From IMG/VR virus record IMGVR_UViG_3300042558_000825, positions 45,531 through 109,530 of that record: a DNA stretch of 64,000 bases, one strand, 5' to 3'. The stretch is from a virus. The stretch's first letter is position 1. Every line of letters begins with the position of its first letter. A program made the translations under genes and the position numbers. The notes under the pieces are model-generated. The model was not told where the DNA came from. It searched no databases and was given only the letters and a program-made list of their open reading frames with translations. Positions 48,801-59,716 of this stretch are shown here, in pieces.

Positions 48801-51557
48801 AATCTTGTTACAACCGGTAGCTTTAATCTGATTGACGGAGTTAACGTTCAAACTGCAGGCACACGTATTTTAGTTAAAAATGAAGCAAATTCTGCTCATA
48901 ATGGCATCTATACTTGGAGTAATGCAACAGTAATTATTCGTGCTGAGGATTTTGATACTGCAATTGAAATGGCAGGTGGTGACTTTACTTTTGTTCAACT
49001 TGGTTCAATATATGAAAACACTGGTTGGGTAATGACTGATCCAGTTACTGTAGTTGGTACAAGTCCAGTTAACTGGGTACAATTCTCAGGTGCAGGAACA
49101 TATCAAGCAGGACCAGGATTAACATTAACCGGTACTGTATTCTCAGTAAATGTTGATAATACCACTACTGAAATTGCAGGTGGTAATGTAGTAGTTAAAG
49201 CAAATGCACAACTAACTACTCCTAACATTGGAGCAGCCACTGGTACAAGCATAAATCTAACAGGTAATGTATTAGCTAACAATGTAAATTCAAACAACAA
49301 AATAACAACTGTTGATATTGACGTTTCTGGTAATGTTATTGCTTCTAATATATCTGCTAATTCAAATTTAATAGTTAATAATGCAACGGTAAATCTACAG
49401 CTAACAGGAAATACTGCAAACTTTAGTGGCAATGTATTAATAGATACTTGGCTAACTGTATCTAATACTGCAAACGTAGGTAACTTACGAACTGATAATC
49501 TATTATATGCAAACGGGACACCCTGGGATTTAGAATTACCCGGTGGTAGTAATACACAAATTCAATTTAATGATAATGGTTCATTTGGTGGAAATGCTAA
49601 TCTTTCTTTTAATAAAGATACCAGCAATCTAAGTGTTAACGGTAATGTTGTTGTAGCAACCGGATTGTATTATGGTGACGGTGGTGGATTATCAAACATT
49701 GCCGCAGGCAATGTTGTTGGTTTAAATCTTTCTAAAATTGCTAATGGTAATTCAAATGTAAGTATACCGGTAGCTAATGGAAATGTACAGTTTAATGTAG
49801 TAGGTAATTTAGTAGCAAATATCACAGGTACTGGGGCAAATATTAACGGGACATTAAATGTCAGTGGATTAGTAACAATACCTAACACAGCAGGCGGTGC
49901 TACTGCAATAGAAATGGGTAGTCCTACTCAAGGTAATCTTGTAAGCAATGCTGTAACTTTAACAACATCATCATCCGTGTCTAATGCAATAGCTCAACTA
50001 AACGTAGTGTTAGGAAAACTTGTACCTCCTGCACCCCCTAATTTCCCAGCTGGTCAATCAATTACGGTAGCTAGCTTATCAACATATCGTATGGCAAATT
50101 ATGTTCAAACTGATAATACCCCTGGCGCTAATAAATCAGTAGCAGGTGGAACAACAGTTACAACCGTACGTAGAGCAAGTTCTTACTCTGTAAATACTAT
50201 TACAACAGCTGGTCCAGGTGATACAGGAACTATATCTGTACAGTTAAACGGATCAAATGCAGGTAGCAGAACACTTACTGCTAACTTAGATGGTAACGGA
50301 ACATATAGTAACCTAATAATTACTAACAATTATGATTATCGTAACGCTAATGCAAATATCCCAGCAGGCTTTTGGAGCGTATTTACATCACAAGCATCTG
50401 GTACAGTAACAGAAGGATGGAATGAAGTATTCATTGCTGATAGTGCTACCTCTAATACAAATACATATTCTTGGTTCTATGACTCTAGTAATCCAGGTAC
50501 TCCGGCATTCAGTACTTTAACTATATCTCCTCCTGGCTCACCAAGCTATACATATTCAAGTACAGTTCCTCATTATAACAACACCAATATATTCACCTTA
50601 ACAGCAAATGTTAATAAGTTAAGTGGTAACATGTACCCAACAAGTGATAATTTTGTAACAGGAACTGCTGGTGGAGCATTTGGTGCACCAAGTAGTGTTA
50701 CATATACGGCAGCTGGAGTTACAACTCCTTTAGCACAAAATTTATATGTAAGTTCAGGTAACGCATCAATTTCTACAACATCAACTATTATAGCAGGCTT
50801 TGGTGCAAGTAGCACAGGCCCTTCATTATCATCAAATAATAGTTATAATTCAAATTCACAAGCGTTTACATCAACCTTGGCTGCAAATGTATTATATAAA
50901 ACTGGAACAACAAGTTCTGCTTCAATCATTGAAGAAGCTAACGTATTTGTTGGATCAACAATTGGTAGTGGCTCTGGACTAGCATTTAGAATTATTAATC
51001 CGGGTAGTACAGATACTCCTGTATATACAGGTAGTGAAGCGGCGTTTAACAGTCAGTCTAGTACATTAGAAACATATGACCCAACAGTTGTTGCTAACAT
51101 ATTGAAACATGACCAAACAAATTATAGTACTGGTTATTTACCAGCTGGACCTAATTTAAGTGCAGGACGTAGTGGTTCGCAATACTTTACAATTAAAATA
51201 ATAAGAACGTCAGTATCTAAGTTTGATGTTAAATGGACAGGAAATATAGCAGGTTTATGGGTAGCATTACCGGGTAGTACGATTGACAGTACAAGTAGTG
51301 CTAATGGATGGATTGATATGAGTATAGCCTATGCAGGCGCAGGTATACCCGGTGTGAATAGTCCGGGTAATGGTAGTGATGGATGTGCATTAGGAGGTGT
51401 AGCACCATTGAACAGTGCCCAAACTAACAAATCGGTAACAGCGACATTTGGTACAGTAAGTAGTTCTAGTACTGTAACAAATGAAATTTATATACGTATT
51501 AAGCTGACTAGTGGGCAATCAGTAACTGCTCTTTCTTTACAGACTGCGAGTAACTAA
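45888..51557 (+). CDS. Large fibre/virion structural protein (1889 aa)
   Basis: Asn/Gly/Thr/Ala-rich with AQPNITSVGTL repeats and a DAATKQYVD module. Late promoter at 45853. Confidence 0.8.
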   Translation: MAADEFNSLGGYSVGIPPVPVIDANGNVVTNVLVTTGNVSAANVYAANYYYANGRPFNAGGNPYGPNNSLQYNNNGTFDGSANLVFDNTTQLLSVPSINISGLSNLGPVGNITITGGGSGYLLTTDGNGILNWQPPGSGSAISNGQSNLSINQYSGNITAGVNGVANVVVITSNSLSVNGNITATNFLGNATTAGTVTTNAQPNITSVGTLTEVTVTGNVVAGTVKTNTLLYANGAPWDLQEAAGGNQQVQFNNGNNNFGASINFTFNTSTNILTVPNIAANGSRLTSITGANVSGTVPFANVANNVAGANVSGEVSFANVANNIAGANVSGEVSFAAVANSIALANVVGIGNIASIYLDGNVANILHGDGTWSGESGNLNANYANYAGEAFSVSGSNVIGEVANANYASYAGEAFSVSGANVVGEVANANYASYAGEAFSVSGANVVGEVANANYASYAGEAFSVSGANVIGAVANANYAESSNTSGTVTSNAQPNITSVGTLISLDVTGNVTANNFIGTFANGTSNVSIPIANGNIDINANGNKTLVVTGSNLIVKGDLLPEANITYNLGSTTQRWKDLYISGNTIDLNGSTITSDANGITLANPLGGTFTVIGQGASNTASIVSGNSSIIVDENSNVNISVAGISNVVVVYTDGLLVNGNANITANLTSGNANLGNLATANYVNIANVLTGNIANFSGNITSLNADLGNLATANYVNIANVLTGNIANFIGNLTSLNADLGNLAIANYVNIANHLSGNTATFIGNISSLNADLGNLATANYVNIANVLTGNIANFSGNLTSLNANLGNLAIANYIRADELFNGNSNVRISPNGNVTVSVTGTSNVYTLSNVGANVVGYVSANGNGTFGALYSNSLTSQGSNLTLYAATGDNYIELRPAGLGQVDVGNFRIQNLGAPNSSSDAATKQYVDDVAQGLHTHDACEVATPNTLAIITSGTITYNNGASGVGANLVTTGSFNLIDGVNVQTAGTRILVKNEANSAHNGIYTWSNATVIIRAEDFDTAIEMAGGDFTFVQLGSIYENTGWVMTDPVTVVGTSPVNWVQFSGAGTYQAGPGLTLTGTVFSVNVDNTTTEIAGGNVVVKANAQLTTPNIGAATGTSINLTGNVLANNVNSNNKITTVDIDVSGNVIASNISANSNLIVNNATVNLQLTGNTANFSGNVLIDTWLTVSNTANVGNLRTDNLLYANGTPWDLELPGGSNTQIQFNDNGSFGGNANLSFNKDTSNLSVNGNVVVATGLYYGDGGGLSNIAAGNVVGLNLSKIANGNSNVSIPVANGNVQFNVVGNLVANITGTGANINGTLNVSGLVTIPNTAGGATAIEMGSPTQGNLVSNAVTLTTSSSVSNAIAQLNVVLGKLVPPAPPNFPAGQSITVASLSTYRMANYVQTDNTPGANKSVAGGTTVTTVRRASSYSVNTITTAGPGDTGTISVQLNGSNAGSRTLTANLDGNGTYSNLIITNNYDYRNANANIPAGFWSVFTSQASGTVTEGWNEVFIADSATSNTNTYSWFYDSSNPGTPAFSTLTISPPGSPSYTYSSTVPHYNNTNIFTLTANVNKLSGNMYPTSDNFVTGTAGGAFGAPSSVTYTAAGVTTPLAQNLYVSSGNASISTTSTIIAGFGASSTGPSLSSNNSYNSNSQAFTSTLAANVLYKTGTTSSASIIEEANVFVGSTIGSGSGLAFRIINPGSTDTPVYTGSEAAFNSQSSTLETYDPTVVANILKHDQTNYSTGYLPAGPNLSAGRSGSQYFTIKIIRTSVSKFDVKWTGNIAGLWVALPGSTIDSTSSANGWIDMSIAYAGAGIPGVNSPGNGSDGCALGGVAPLNSAQTNKSVTATFGTVSSSSTVTNEIYIRIKLTSGQSVTALSLQTASN
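47031..47330 (+). repeat. In-frame 72 bp tandem repeat, ~4 copies
   Basis: Unit ANYASYAGEAFSVSGANVVGEVAN with near-identical DNA copies. Confidence 0.9.
47907..48340 (+). repeat. In-frame 99 bp tandem repeat, 4+ copies
   Basis: Unit NADLGNLATANYVNIANVLTGNIANFSGNITSL (33 aa). Confidence 0.9.
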
Positions 51558-51559
51558 TT

Positions 51560-54133
51560 ATGGCAATAGCACAAGCTCAATACGTTGACTTATTAGTTAA
51601 ACAATTATATGGTGTTGCTAAAACAGACACCAACACGATTAAAAGTCCTAGTAATGAATCTATTGCTAGCCCAGCATTAATTCGTGGTGATACTCAATGG
51701 ACACAATCCGACCAGATTCCTGCTACAGCAGCCGCATTAGCAGGTGTTGTACAAGCATATACAGGTGCAAATGCAATAGAATGTGCTCCTGATACAACAA
51801 CAGTTCCGGTTGGTGGTGTATATCCAACATGGTTAACTAACTTAACAAACTGGATCCCACAAGAATTCGGCAGTACATATGTAGTTCAAGCTTGGGTAGA
51901 TAGTCCGGGAGTAGCTAATCCTACATTGACTGGTACACAGATATTTGCATCTGGTGTTAGTGGTACAGGTGAATATTATTATGATAATATTGCTGGTTTA
52001 TTAAACTTTATTGGTGGAACGATTCCATCAGCATTAACTTCAAGTAAAGTCATTTACATTGTAGGTTATAGATATATAGGATTAGTTGGCGTTACGCATT
52101 TGCCTAGCAATACAGCTATTGGTAATTTAAATTTCACTGGTACTACAATTAGTAGTACGAACTTGAATGGTAATATTATCATTACCCCAAATGGTACAGG
52201 AACAGTACTAATTAGTTCAGCAGTAACAGTTAATGCTAATATTACTGCAAACTTTTTTATTGGTAATGGTAGTCAATTAACAGGAGTGGCAGCTAGTAAT
52301 GCAGTTACTGCAGGTACAGTAACCGCTAGTGCTCAACCAAATATTACAAGTGTTGGAACGCTAATTAGTTTAGATGTAACAGGTAACGTTACCGGTGGTA
52401 ATTTTATAGGACCGTTAGCTAATGGGAATAGTAATGTATACATACCAGTTGCTAATGGAAATATTAATCTTACATCCGATGGTGTAACAACCTTAGTTGT
52501 AACGAATACTGGTTCAAATATTACAGGTACATTGAATGTTACTACTACTGCAACAGTTGGTAATTTAACAGTTAATTCAAATGGTAATATTACGGGTGCT
52601 AATGTTGTATCTGCTACCACATTCTCTGGTAATTTAACAGCAACATCATCTAATGTTACAAGTAACAGTATTACAAACAACCTAACAGTTAATTTAGAAC
52701 TAAGTGGAAACACAGCTAATTTTACTGGTAATATACTAACATTAAATGCAAATTTAGGTAATGCAGCCTCTGCTAATTATTTTATTGGTAATGGTAGTCT
52801 ATTAACAGGGGTAGCGGCTAGTAATGCTGTTACTGCAGGTACAGTAACTGCTAGTGCTCAACCAAATATTACAAGTGTCGGGACATTAATTAGTTTAGAT
52901 ATTACTGGTAACTTAACTGCTGGAAATGCTAATTTAGGTAATTTAGTTATTGCAAACTTCTTTAGTGGTTCTGGCAATATGTTAAGTAATATTCAGGGTG
53001 CAAATGTATCCGGACAAGTAGCTAATGCTTTAGTTGCCGGTACAGTGTATACAAATGCACAACCTAATATTACATCAGTGGGTACATTAACAAGTTTAAA
53101 TGTGTCAGGGACAAGTAATTTAGGCCCAGTTGGAAATGTAACAATTACTGGTGGAACTAACGGATATTATTTACAAACAAATGGTTCAGGTATCCTAACA
53201 TGGGCAGCTGTCCCGACAGGTACAACTATTAGTAATGGTAATAGTAACATAAACATACCGGTAGCAAATGGTAATATCAATATAACTGCAACAGGTAATT
53301 CAGTTATGGTAATTACTGGTAATGGAGTTAATGTTACTGGTACATTAAACGCTACTGGTAATTTAACTGCAGTTAATGCTAATTTAGGTAACAGTGTAAC
53401 TGCTAATTACTTTATTGGTAACTTGTATGGAACAGCTAATTTAGCTACATTTGCAACAACAGCTAATAGTGTAGCCGGTGCAAATGTATCTGGGCAAGTA
53501 GCTAATGCTTTAGTTGCTGGTACAGTATATACAAATGCACAGCCAAATATAACGAGTGTTGGTACACTAACAACGTTGGATGTAACCGGTAATGTAAATA
53601 CTGGTAATATCAATGCCGGTACAGGAACGGGTGGTAATATTACTGGGGGTAATTTAGTAAGTGCTAATTATTTTACCGGTACACTAACAACTAATGCCCA
53701 ACCAAATATAACAAGTGTAGGAACATTAACAAGTTTAGATGTATCCGGACATTTAGTAGCAAACACGTTCCAGATGGGGTATGGAATATATGCATTTTAT
53801 TCAACTTCTGTATTCTTTGCTACAACAGCTAGTACCTCTGCAAATCAAATATTGTGGGATTATCCGGCAGCAGATTTATCTGCTATTGATTTTACGATTA
53901 TTGCAACAGATAGTATAGGTAGTACTAGGCAATCATGTAAGATATCGGCTGCTATATTAGGCACGACGGTGGCATACAATGAGTATGGTGGTTTGTTTAT
54001 TAACGGTGGAGTAGGTAGTTTTAGTGTGATATATAATCCAAGTGGCCCAGCCCCAACTTTACAGTTGGTAGTGACACCTGACTCGTCTAATTTGACAGAA
54101 TATAACATGCTAATTTCTAAGTATTTGGTGTAA
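51560..54133 (+). CDS. Fibre/virion structural protein (857 aa)
   Basis: Same repeat family. C-terminal ~110 aa domain is related to that of the next ORF. Confidence 0.8.
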   Translation: MAIAQAQYVDLLVKQLYGVAKTDTNTIKSPSNESIASPALIRGDTQWTQSDQIPATAAALAGVVQAYTGANAIECAPDTTTVPVGGVYPTWLTNLTNWIPQEFGSTYVVQAWVDSPGVANPTLTGTQIFASGVSGTGEYYYDNIAGLLNFIGGTIPSALTSSKVIYIVGYRYIGLVGVTHLPSNTAIGNLNFTGTTISSTNLNGNIIITPNGTGTVLISSAVTVNANITANFFIGNGSQLTGVAASNAVTAGTVTASAQPNITSVGTLISLDVTGNVTGGNFIGPLANGNSNVYIPVANGNINLTSDGVTTLVVTNTGSNITGTLNVTTTATVGNLTVNSNGNITGANVVSATTFSGNLTATSSNVTSNSITNNLTVNLELSGNTANFTGNILTLNANLGNAASANYFIGNGSLLTGVAASNAVTAGTVTASAQPNITSVGTLISLDITGNLTAGNANLGNLVIANFFSGSGNMLSNIQGANVSGQVANALVAGTVYTNAQPNITSVGTLTSLNVSGTSNLGPVGNVTITGGTNGYYLQTNGSGILTWAAVPTGTTISNGNSNINIPVANGNINITATGNSVMVITGNGVNVTGTLNATGNLTAVNANLGNSVTANYFIGNLYGTANLATFATTANSVAGANVSGQVANALVAGTVYTNAQPNITSVGTLTTLDVTGNVNTGNINAGTGTGGNITGGNLVSANYFTGTLTTNAQPNITSVGTLTSLDVSGHLVANTFQMGYGIYAFYSTSVFFATTASTSANQILWDYPAADLSAIDFTIIATDSIGSTRQSCKISAAILGTTVAYNEYGGLFINGGVGSFSVIYNPSGPAPTLQLVVTPDSSNLTEYNMLISKYLV

Positions 54134-54187
54134 CAGCCAATACATAAATTACGGAAAAGATAAATATAAGTATAAGGACACAACAAA

Positions 54188-57100
54188 ATGGCAATTAAAG
54201 CACTAAATTCGGTAGCAGGCTTCTCAGTAGGCGAAGTACCGGCAAATATTATTTTAGCAAACGGTGATGTAACATCCGGTAACGGCACATTTACTGCAAA
54301 CATTTCTGCAGGGAATGTTAAAACCGACAATCTCTTATATGCTAACGGAACTGCATGGGATTTAGGTGGTAATCCTGGAGGCTCAAATACACAGGTTCAA
54401 TTTAATGATGCTGGTGAATTTGGCGGTAATGCTAACTTTACTTTTAATAAGTCAACTAGTGTTCTAACTGTTACCGGTAACATTGCTGGTACTAATGTTA
54501 ATGCTGGTAATTTGTTAACTGCCAATTATGTGTCCGGTACGTTAACAACAGCCGCACAGCCAAATATAACAAGTGTTGGTACATTAACTGGTTTGACTGT
54601 TAGTGACGGCAATGTTAGCAATACTATAGTTGCATATGGTAATGGTTCTCTTGCTGTGTCCGGCAACATTACTGCTAATAACTTTGTTGGTAACATTAGT
54701 GGTAACATTTCAGGTAACATTGTTATTCCTGGTTCTAATACAGGGGTTGTGTTTAATGATAATGGAAATGCTAATACAAGTACAGCATTTACGTTTGATA
54801 AAGTAAGTAATTTAGTAACTATTATATCTAATGCTAGTGTTGGTAATTTAATATCAGGTGGAGTTGTGTCCGCAACTGGTAATGTTACTGGTGCTAACTT
54901 AATTACTGCAGGTAATATATTTGCCCCGGCCATCGTACAGAATGCTAGTACATATGATACAAGAATTTCATTAAGCAGCGGCGCCGGCATTATTGAAGCT
55001 AATACAAATGGTAATGCTACACAATTCTTACCGGGCGGTACAATCAGATTACCGTCTGCTGGTGCTAGTCAGATTGTTGGTGGTACATTTGATGGCTCTG
55101 CATTAACATTGGGTAACAATGACGCTACTTTAGCACAGGTACGTGGTGGTAATGTAACAGTACAAGTTGGTGCAGGTGGCACAGTTTCTAATACATGGAC
55201 ATTTGCACAAAACGGTTCATTCACTGCCCCTGGTAATATTACTACAACAGGTACTGCTAACGTAGGAACATTGGCAGTAACAGGAACAAGTAATTTAGGT
55301 CCTGTAGGAAACGTAACAATCACCGGCGGTACTAGTGGTTACTACTTGCAGACAAATGGTTCAGGTACGTTAACCTGGGCAGCAGTACCAGTTGGTACAG
55401 GTATTAGCAATGGTACAAGTAATATAAACATCCCATCAGTTAATGGCAACATTAATATGGGTGTTGCTGGTAATGCAAATGTAGTAGTTGTAACTGGTAC
55501 AGGACTATTAGTTAACGGAGAAGGTAATATAACCGGTAACTTAACAGTTGGTAATTTAACTACAGGCGGTGGCGCAGGTGGTAGTATTACTGGTGTTAAC
55601 GCAGTTAGTGCTAATTTCTTCACAGGTACATTAACAACTAATGCTCAACCAAACATCACAAGTGTTGGTACACTAACATCACTTACTGTAAGCGGTAATG
55701 CTAATGTAGGTAATTTAGGTACTGCAGGTTTAATTGTTGCAACAGGTAACGTAACCGGTGGTAATTTGGTAACTGGTGGTGTAGTAGCCGCAACTGGTAA
55801 TGTAACCGGTGGCAACTTAGTCACAACTGGTACAGCTAACATTGGCAATCTAAAGATTTCAGGAACAGTTGACGGTAATTTAATACCTTCAATTAGTAAC
55901 ACATATAGTTTAGGTAATGGTACAAATTATTGGAAAGATTTATTCTTATCTGGTACTACTATTACTCTTGGTGATCAAACTATCTCTGCTAATGCAGGAG
56001 GTGTATCATTATCAAACACTGCATTCTTAACAAGATTAGATGTTAGTGGTAATGCTAATGTAGGTAATTTAGGTACTGCAGGTTTAATCGTTGCAACAGG
56101 TAATGTAACTGGTGGTAATTTATTAACAGGTGGTTTAGTAACTGCAACTGGTAATATTACTGGTGGAAACTTAACAACAGCCGGTGCATTAAGTGTAACT
56201 GGCAATGCTAATATTGGTAATATTGGTACAGGTGGATTAATTATTGCAACCGGCAACATAGACGGTGGTAATTTAAATACAGGCGGTGTACTATCTGTAA
56301 CAGGTAATGCTAACGTTGGTAATTTAGGTACAGGTGGTTTAATTGTTGCAACTGGTAACGTTACCGGTGGTAATTTAAATACAGGTGGTATTGTAGCGGC
56401 AACCGGAAATATTGTTTCTAATGCTAACGTTGTAACAGATTTAATCGTTGGTAGAACAAGCAGTGTCACAATTACTGCTACTGGTTCTAATCAAAATGTT
56501 AACTTAGTTCCAACAGGTACTGGTACAGTTAATGTTGGTAATTTTATAATTTCTAATGTTGCGACTCCGATAGCAAGTACAGACGCCGCAACAAAACAAT
56601 ATGTTGATGACGTTGCACAAGGTTTACACGTACATGCAAGTTGCGGTGCCGCAACCCCAGACACACTTGCTGTCTTATCAAGTGGTACTGTTACATATAA
56701 TAACGGTACTGCTGGTGTAGGTGCAACTCTAATAACTACCGGTACATACACAACTATGGATGGTGTAAACGTTGCTAGTGCTGGCTTTAGAATTCTTGTT
56801 AAGGATGAAGCAAATACAGCACATAATGGTATCTATACATACACAAATGGCACTACACTTACCCGTGCTACTGACTTTAATACTGGTGCTGAAATCGCAG
56901 GTGGTGACTTTACATTCGTAACCGGTGGTACGGAATATAATTCAACAGGTTGGGTACAGATTGATGAAGTTACAGTAGTAGGTACAGATCCTATTGTATG
57001 GGAACAATTCAGTGGTGCTGGTCAATATGCAGCAGGTACCGGTTTAACACTAACTGGCACAACATTTAGTATTACTAATACTACTGTAACAGCAGGATCA

Positions 57101-59713
57101 TACGGTAACGGTGACTATAATGCTACATTCACAGTTAACAGTCAAGGTCAATTAACAGCGGCAGCCAACGTTGCTATTACTGCAAATGCAGCCAACTTAA
57201 CTGGTACAACTCTTGGCGCAACAATTGTAAATTCAAGTTTAACAAGCGTTGGAACACTAACTAGTTTAGCTGTTACTGGTAACATTACTAGTGGTAATGT
57301 TTATGCAAACTCAGGCACAATTGGTGCAAGTTTACTAGGAGGTACACTAACAACTGCGGCACAACCAAATGTAACAAGTCTTGGTTCGTTAACTAGTTTA
57401 ATAGTTACTGGTAATGCTTCAGCAGGCAATATATCAACAGCGGGTGATTTAACTGTTACTGGTAATGCAACAGTTGGTAATCTTGTTGCTAGTGGTGGAG
57501 CAGGTGGTAATATTACTGGAGCTAATTTAGTTAGTGCTAACTTCTTTACAGGTACATTAACAACTAGTGCTCAACCTAATATTACAAGTACAGGTACATT
57601 GACTGGTTTGGTTGTAGGTAATAATACTGCTAATGTAACATTTAATACTAGTGGTAACGGTACTCTTACAGCGACAGGTAACGTAACAGCGGCAAACTTT
57701 ATTGGTAACGTTGTTGGTAATATTAGTGGTAACATTGTTATCCCTGGTTCTAATACAGGTGTTGTATTTAATGATTCGGGTAATGCTAACACAAGTACAG
57801 CATTTACGTTTAATAAATCAAGTAATTTAGTAACTATAGCAGGTAATGCTAACGTTGCTAATTTAATAACAGGTGGATTAGTATCCGCAACTGGTAATGT
57901 ATCTGGTGGTAACTTATCAACAGGTGGAGCATTAAGCGTAACAGGTACAGCTAACGTAGGTAACTTAAATGTTACTGGTACAAGTAATCTAGGAGCAGTT
58001 GGTAATGTAACAATTACCGGTGGCTCAAATGGACAAGTTTTAACTACAAATGGTTCTGGTGGATTGTCATTCGTATCAATCAGTTCATCTAGCATCAGTA
58101 ATGGTAACAGCAATGTAAACATTCCAGCTGGTAATGGCAATGTTAATATTAGTGCAGTAGGTAATGCTAATGTATTAGTAGTTACTGGTACAGGATCAAA
58201 CATCACTGGTACATTAGATGTAACCGGTAACTTAACTGCTGGTAATATTGTTGCAGGTGCAGGCACAGGTGGTAATATCACTGGAGCTAATTTAGTTAGT
58301 GCTAATTTCTTCACTGGTACATTAACAACAGCCGCACAGCCAAATATAACAAGTGTAGGTTCATTAACTTCATTGACAGTCTTAGGTACAAGTAATCTAG
58401 GAGCGGTTAGTAATGTAACAATCACCGGCGGTACTAGTGGACAAGTTTTAACTACAAATGGTTCTGGTGGATTGTCATTCGTATCAATCAATTCAGCAGG
58501 TATCAGTAATGGTAATAGTAATGTAAGCATCCCAACAGCTAATGGTAATGTTAATATTACTGCTGTTGGTAACACAACTATGGTAGTAACTGGTACAGGT
58601 GTTAACGTAGCCGGTACATTAAATGCTACTGGTAACTTAACTGCAGGTAATTTGATTGGTGCACTAGCTAATGGCAATAGTAACGTAAATATCCCATCAG
58701 CTAATGGCAATGTTAATATCAGTGCAGTAGGTACTGCTAATGTATTAGTTATTACTGGTACAGGTGCAAATATTACTGGTACATTAAATGTAACTGGTAA
58801 CTTAACTGCTGGTAATTTAATTGGACCGCATGCAAATGGTAACAGTAACGTAAATATCCCGTCAGCTAATGGCAATGTTAATATCAGTGCAGTAGGTACT
58901 GCTAATGTAGTAGTTGTTACTGGTACAGGTGCAAATATTACTGGTACATTAAACGTTACAGGAGATGCAACAGTTGGTAATTTAACAACAGGTGGTGCAG
59001 GTGGTAACATTTCTGGTGCTAATAACATATCTGCTAACACACTTACAGGTACATTAACAACTGCGGCACAGCCAAATATTACAAGTGTCGGTACATTAAG
59101 TAGTTTAGCAATTACGGGTAATCTATCTAGTGGTAATGCTAACTTAGGTAATGCCGCAACAGCTAATTTCTTTATTGGTTCAGGTAATAATTTAAGCAAC
59201 ATTCAAGGTGCAAATGTCTCTGGAACCGTAAGTGCGGCAACAACTGCAGGCACAGTAACAACTGCGGCTCAGCCAAATATTACAAGTGTTGGTACATTAA
59301 CAAGTTTAACATCTACAGGTAATATTACTGGTGGTAATTTAATAACAACTGGAGTTGCAATTGCAAATTCAGGTGTACAGATTAGTAACTCTGCTGTATA
59401 TTTTGGTAATGTAACTACTACAGCAACTACCGCAAATCAAACAATTGCTACAATTGCGTTAACTAGTTCTTACATAACAGGTGTGGAATATATAGTTAAA
59501 GGGGTGGATGCTACTGGCACTAAATATAGTGTAGCTACAGTTGTAGCAGTAACTAATGGAACAACAGCAGATTATTCTACTTTTGCAACAGTTAATTTAG
59601 GAGGTTCTACTGGTTCCTTATTAGTTAATATTTCTGGAAGTAATATTGAATTGCAAGTTACTCCGGCAAGTAGTAATTCAACTGTATGGACTACGCAATA
59701 TAGAGTGATTTGA
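54188..59713 (+). CDS. Large fibre/virion structural protein (1841 aa)
   Basis: Same repeat family with a DAATKQYVD module. Late promoter GATAAATA at 54159. Confidence 0.8.
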   Translation: MAIKALNSVAGFSVGEVPANIILANGDVTSGNGTFTANISAGNVKTDNLLYANGTAWDLGGNPGGSNTQVQFNDAGEFGGNANFTFNKSTSVLTVTGNIAGTNVNAGNLLTANYVSGTLTTAAQPNITSVGTLTGLTVSDGNVSNTIVAYGNGSLAVSGNITANNFVGNISGNISGNIVIPGSNTGVVFNDNGNANTSTAFTFDKVSNLVTIISNASVGNLISGGVVSATGNVTGANLITAGNIFAPAIVQNASTYDTRISLSSGAGIIEANTNGNATQFLPGGTIRLPSAGASQIVGGTFDGSALTLGNNDATLAQVRGGNVTVQVGAGGTVSNTWTFAQNGSFTAPGNITTTGTANVGTLAVTGTSNLGPVGNVTITGGTSGYYLQTNGSGTLTWAAVPVGTGISNGTSNINIPSVNGNINMGVAGNANVVVVTGTGLLVNGEGNITGNLTVGNLTTGGGAGGSITGVNAVSANFFTGTLTTNAQPNITSVGTLTSLTVSGNANVGNLGTAGLIVATGNVTGGNLVTGGVVAATGNVTGGNLVTTGTANIGNLKISGTVDGNLIPSISNTYSLGNGTNYWKDLFLSGTTITLGDQTISANAGGVSLSNTAFLTRLDVSGNANVGNLGTAGLIVATGNVTGGNLLTGGLVTATGNITGGNLTTAGALSVTGNANIGNIGTGGLIIATGNIDGGNLNTGGVLSVTGNANVGNLGTGGLIVATGNVTGGNLNTGGIVAATGNIVSNANVVTDLIVGRTSSVTITATGSNQNVNLVPTGTGTVNVGNFIISNVATPIASTDAATKQYVDDVAQGLHVHASCGAATPDTLAVLSSGTVTYNNGTAGVGATLITTGTYTTMDGVNVASAGFRILVKDEANTAHNGIYTYTNGTTLTRATDFNTGAEIAGGDFTFVTGGTEYNSTGWVQIDEVTVVGTDPIVWEQFSGAGQYAAGTGLTLTGTTFSITNTTVTAGSYGNGDYNATFTVNSQGQLTAAANVAITANAANLTGTTLGATIVNSSLTSVGTLTSLAVTGNITSGNVYANSGTIGASLLGGTLTTAAQPNVTSLGSLTSLIVTGNASAGNISTAGDLTVTGNATVGNLVASGGAGGNITGANLVSANFFTGTLTTSAQPNITSTGTLTGLVVGNNTANVTFNTSGNGTLTATGNVTAANFIGNVVGNISGNIVIPGSNTGVVFNDSGNANTSTAFTFNKSSNLVTIAGNANVANLITGGLVSATGNVSGGNLSTGGALSVTGTANVGNLNVTGTSNLGAVGNVTITGGSNGQVLTTNGSGGLSFVSISSSSISNGNSNVNIPAGNGNVNISAVGNANVLVVTGTGSNITGTLDVTGNLTAGNIVAGAGTGGNITGANLVSANFFTGTLTTAAQPNITSVGSLTSLTVLGTSNLGAVSNVTITGGTSGQVLTTNGSGGLSFVSINSAGISNGNSNVSIPTANGNVNITAVGNTTMVVTGTGVNVAGTLNATGNLTAGNLIGALANGNSNVNIPSANGNVNISAVGTANVLVITGTGANITGTLNVTGNLTAGNLIGPHANGNSNVNIPSANGNVNISAVGTANVVVVTGTGANITGTLNVTGDATVGNLTTGGAGGNISGANNISANTLTGTLTTAAQPNITSVGTLSSLAITGNLSSGNANLGNAATANFFIGSGNNLSNIQGANVSGTVSAATTAGTVTTAAQPNITSVGTLTSLTSTGNITGGNLITTGVAIANSGVQISNSAVYFGNVTTTATTANQTIATIALTSSYITGVEYIVKGVDATGTKYSVATVVAVTNGTTADYSTFATVNLGGSTGSLLVNISGSNIELQVTPASSNSTVWTTQYRVI

Positions 59714-59716
59714 TAA

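Larger units (their letters stand above)
16071..54166. promoter_or_regulatory. Dispersed late-promoter motif N(A/C)TAA(A/G)TA
   Basis: Seen just upstream of genes. Minus strand: 16071, 19474, 19975, 27299, 33296, 34407, 45796. Plus strand: 27290, 31661, 34391, 37353, 39170, 39479, 43461, 43541, 45853, 54159. Resembles the T4 gp55 TATAAATA element. Confidence 0.75.

Noticed and set aside
57571-59202. 543 aa minus-strand ORF and many shorter antisense ORFs across 46000-63900
   Set aside because: Shadow frames of the repetitive Gly/Asn/Thr-rich fibre genes. The products are low-complexity LPV/PVT sequence with no expression signals.
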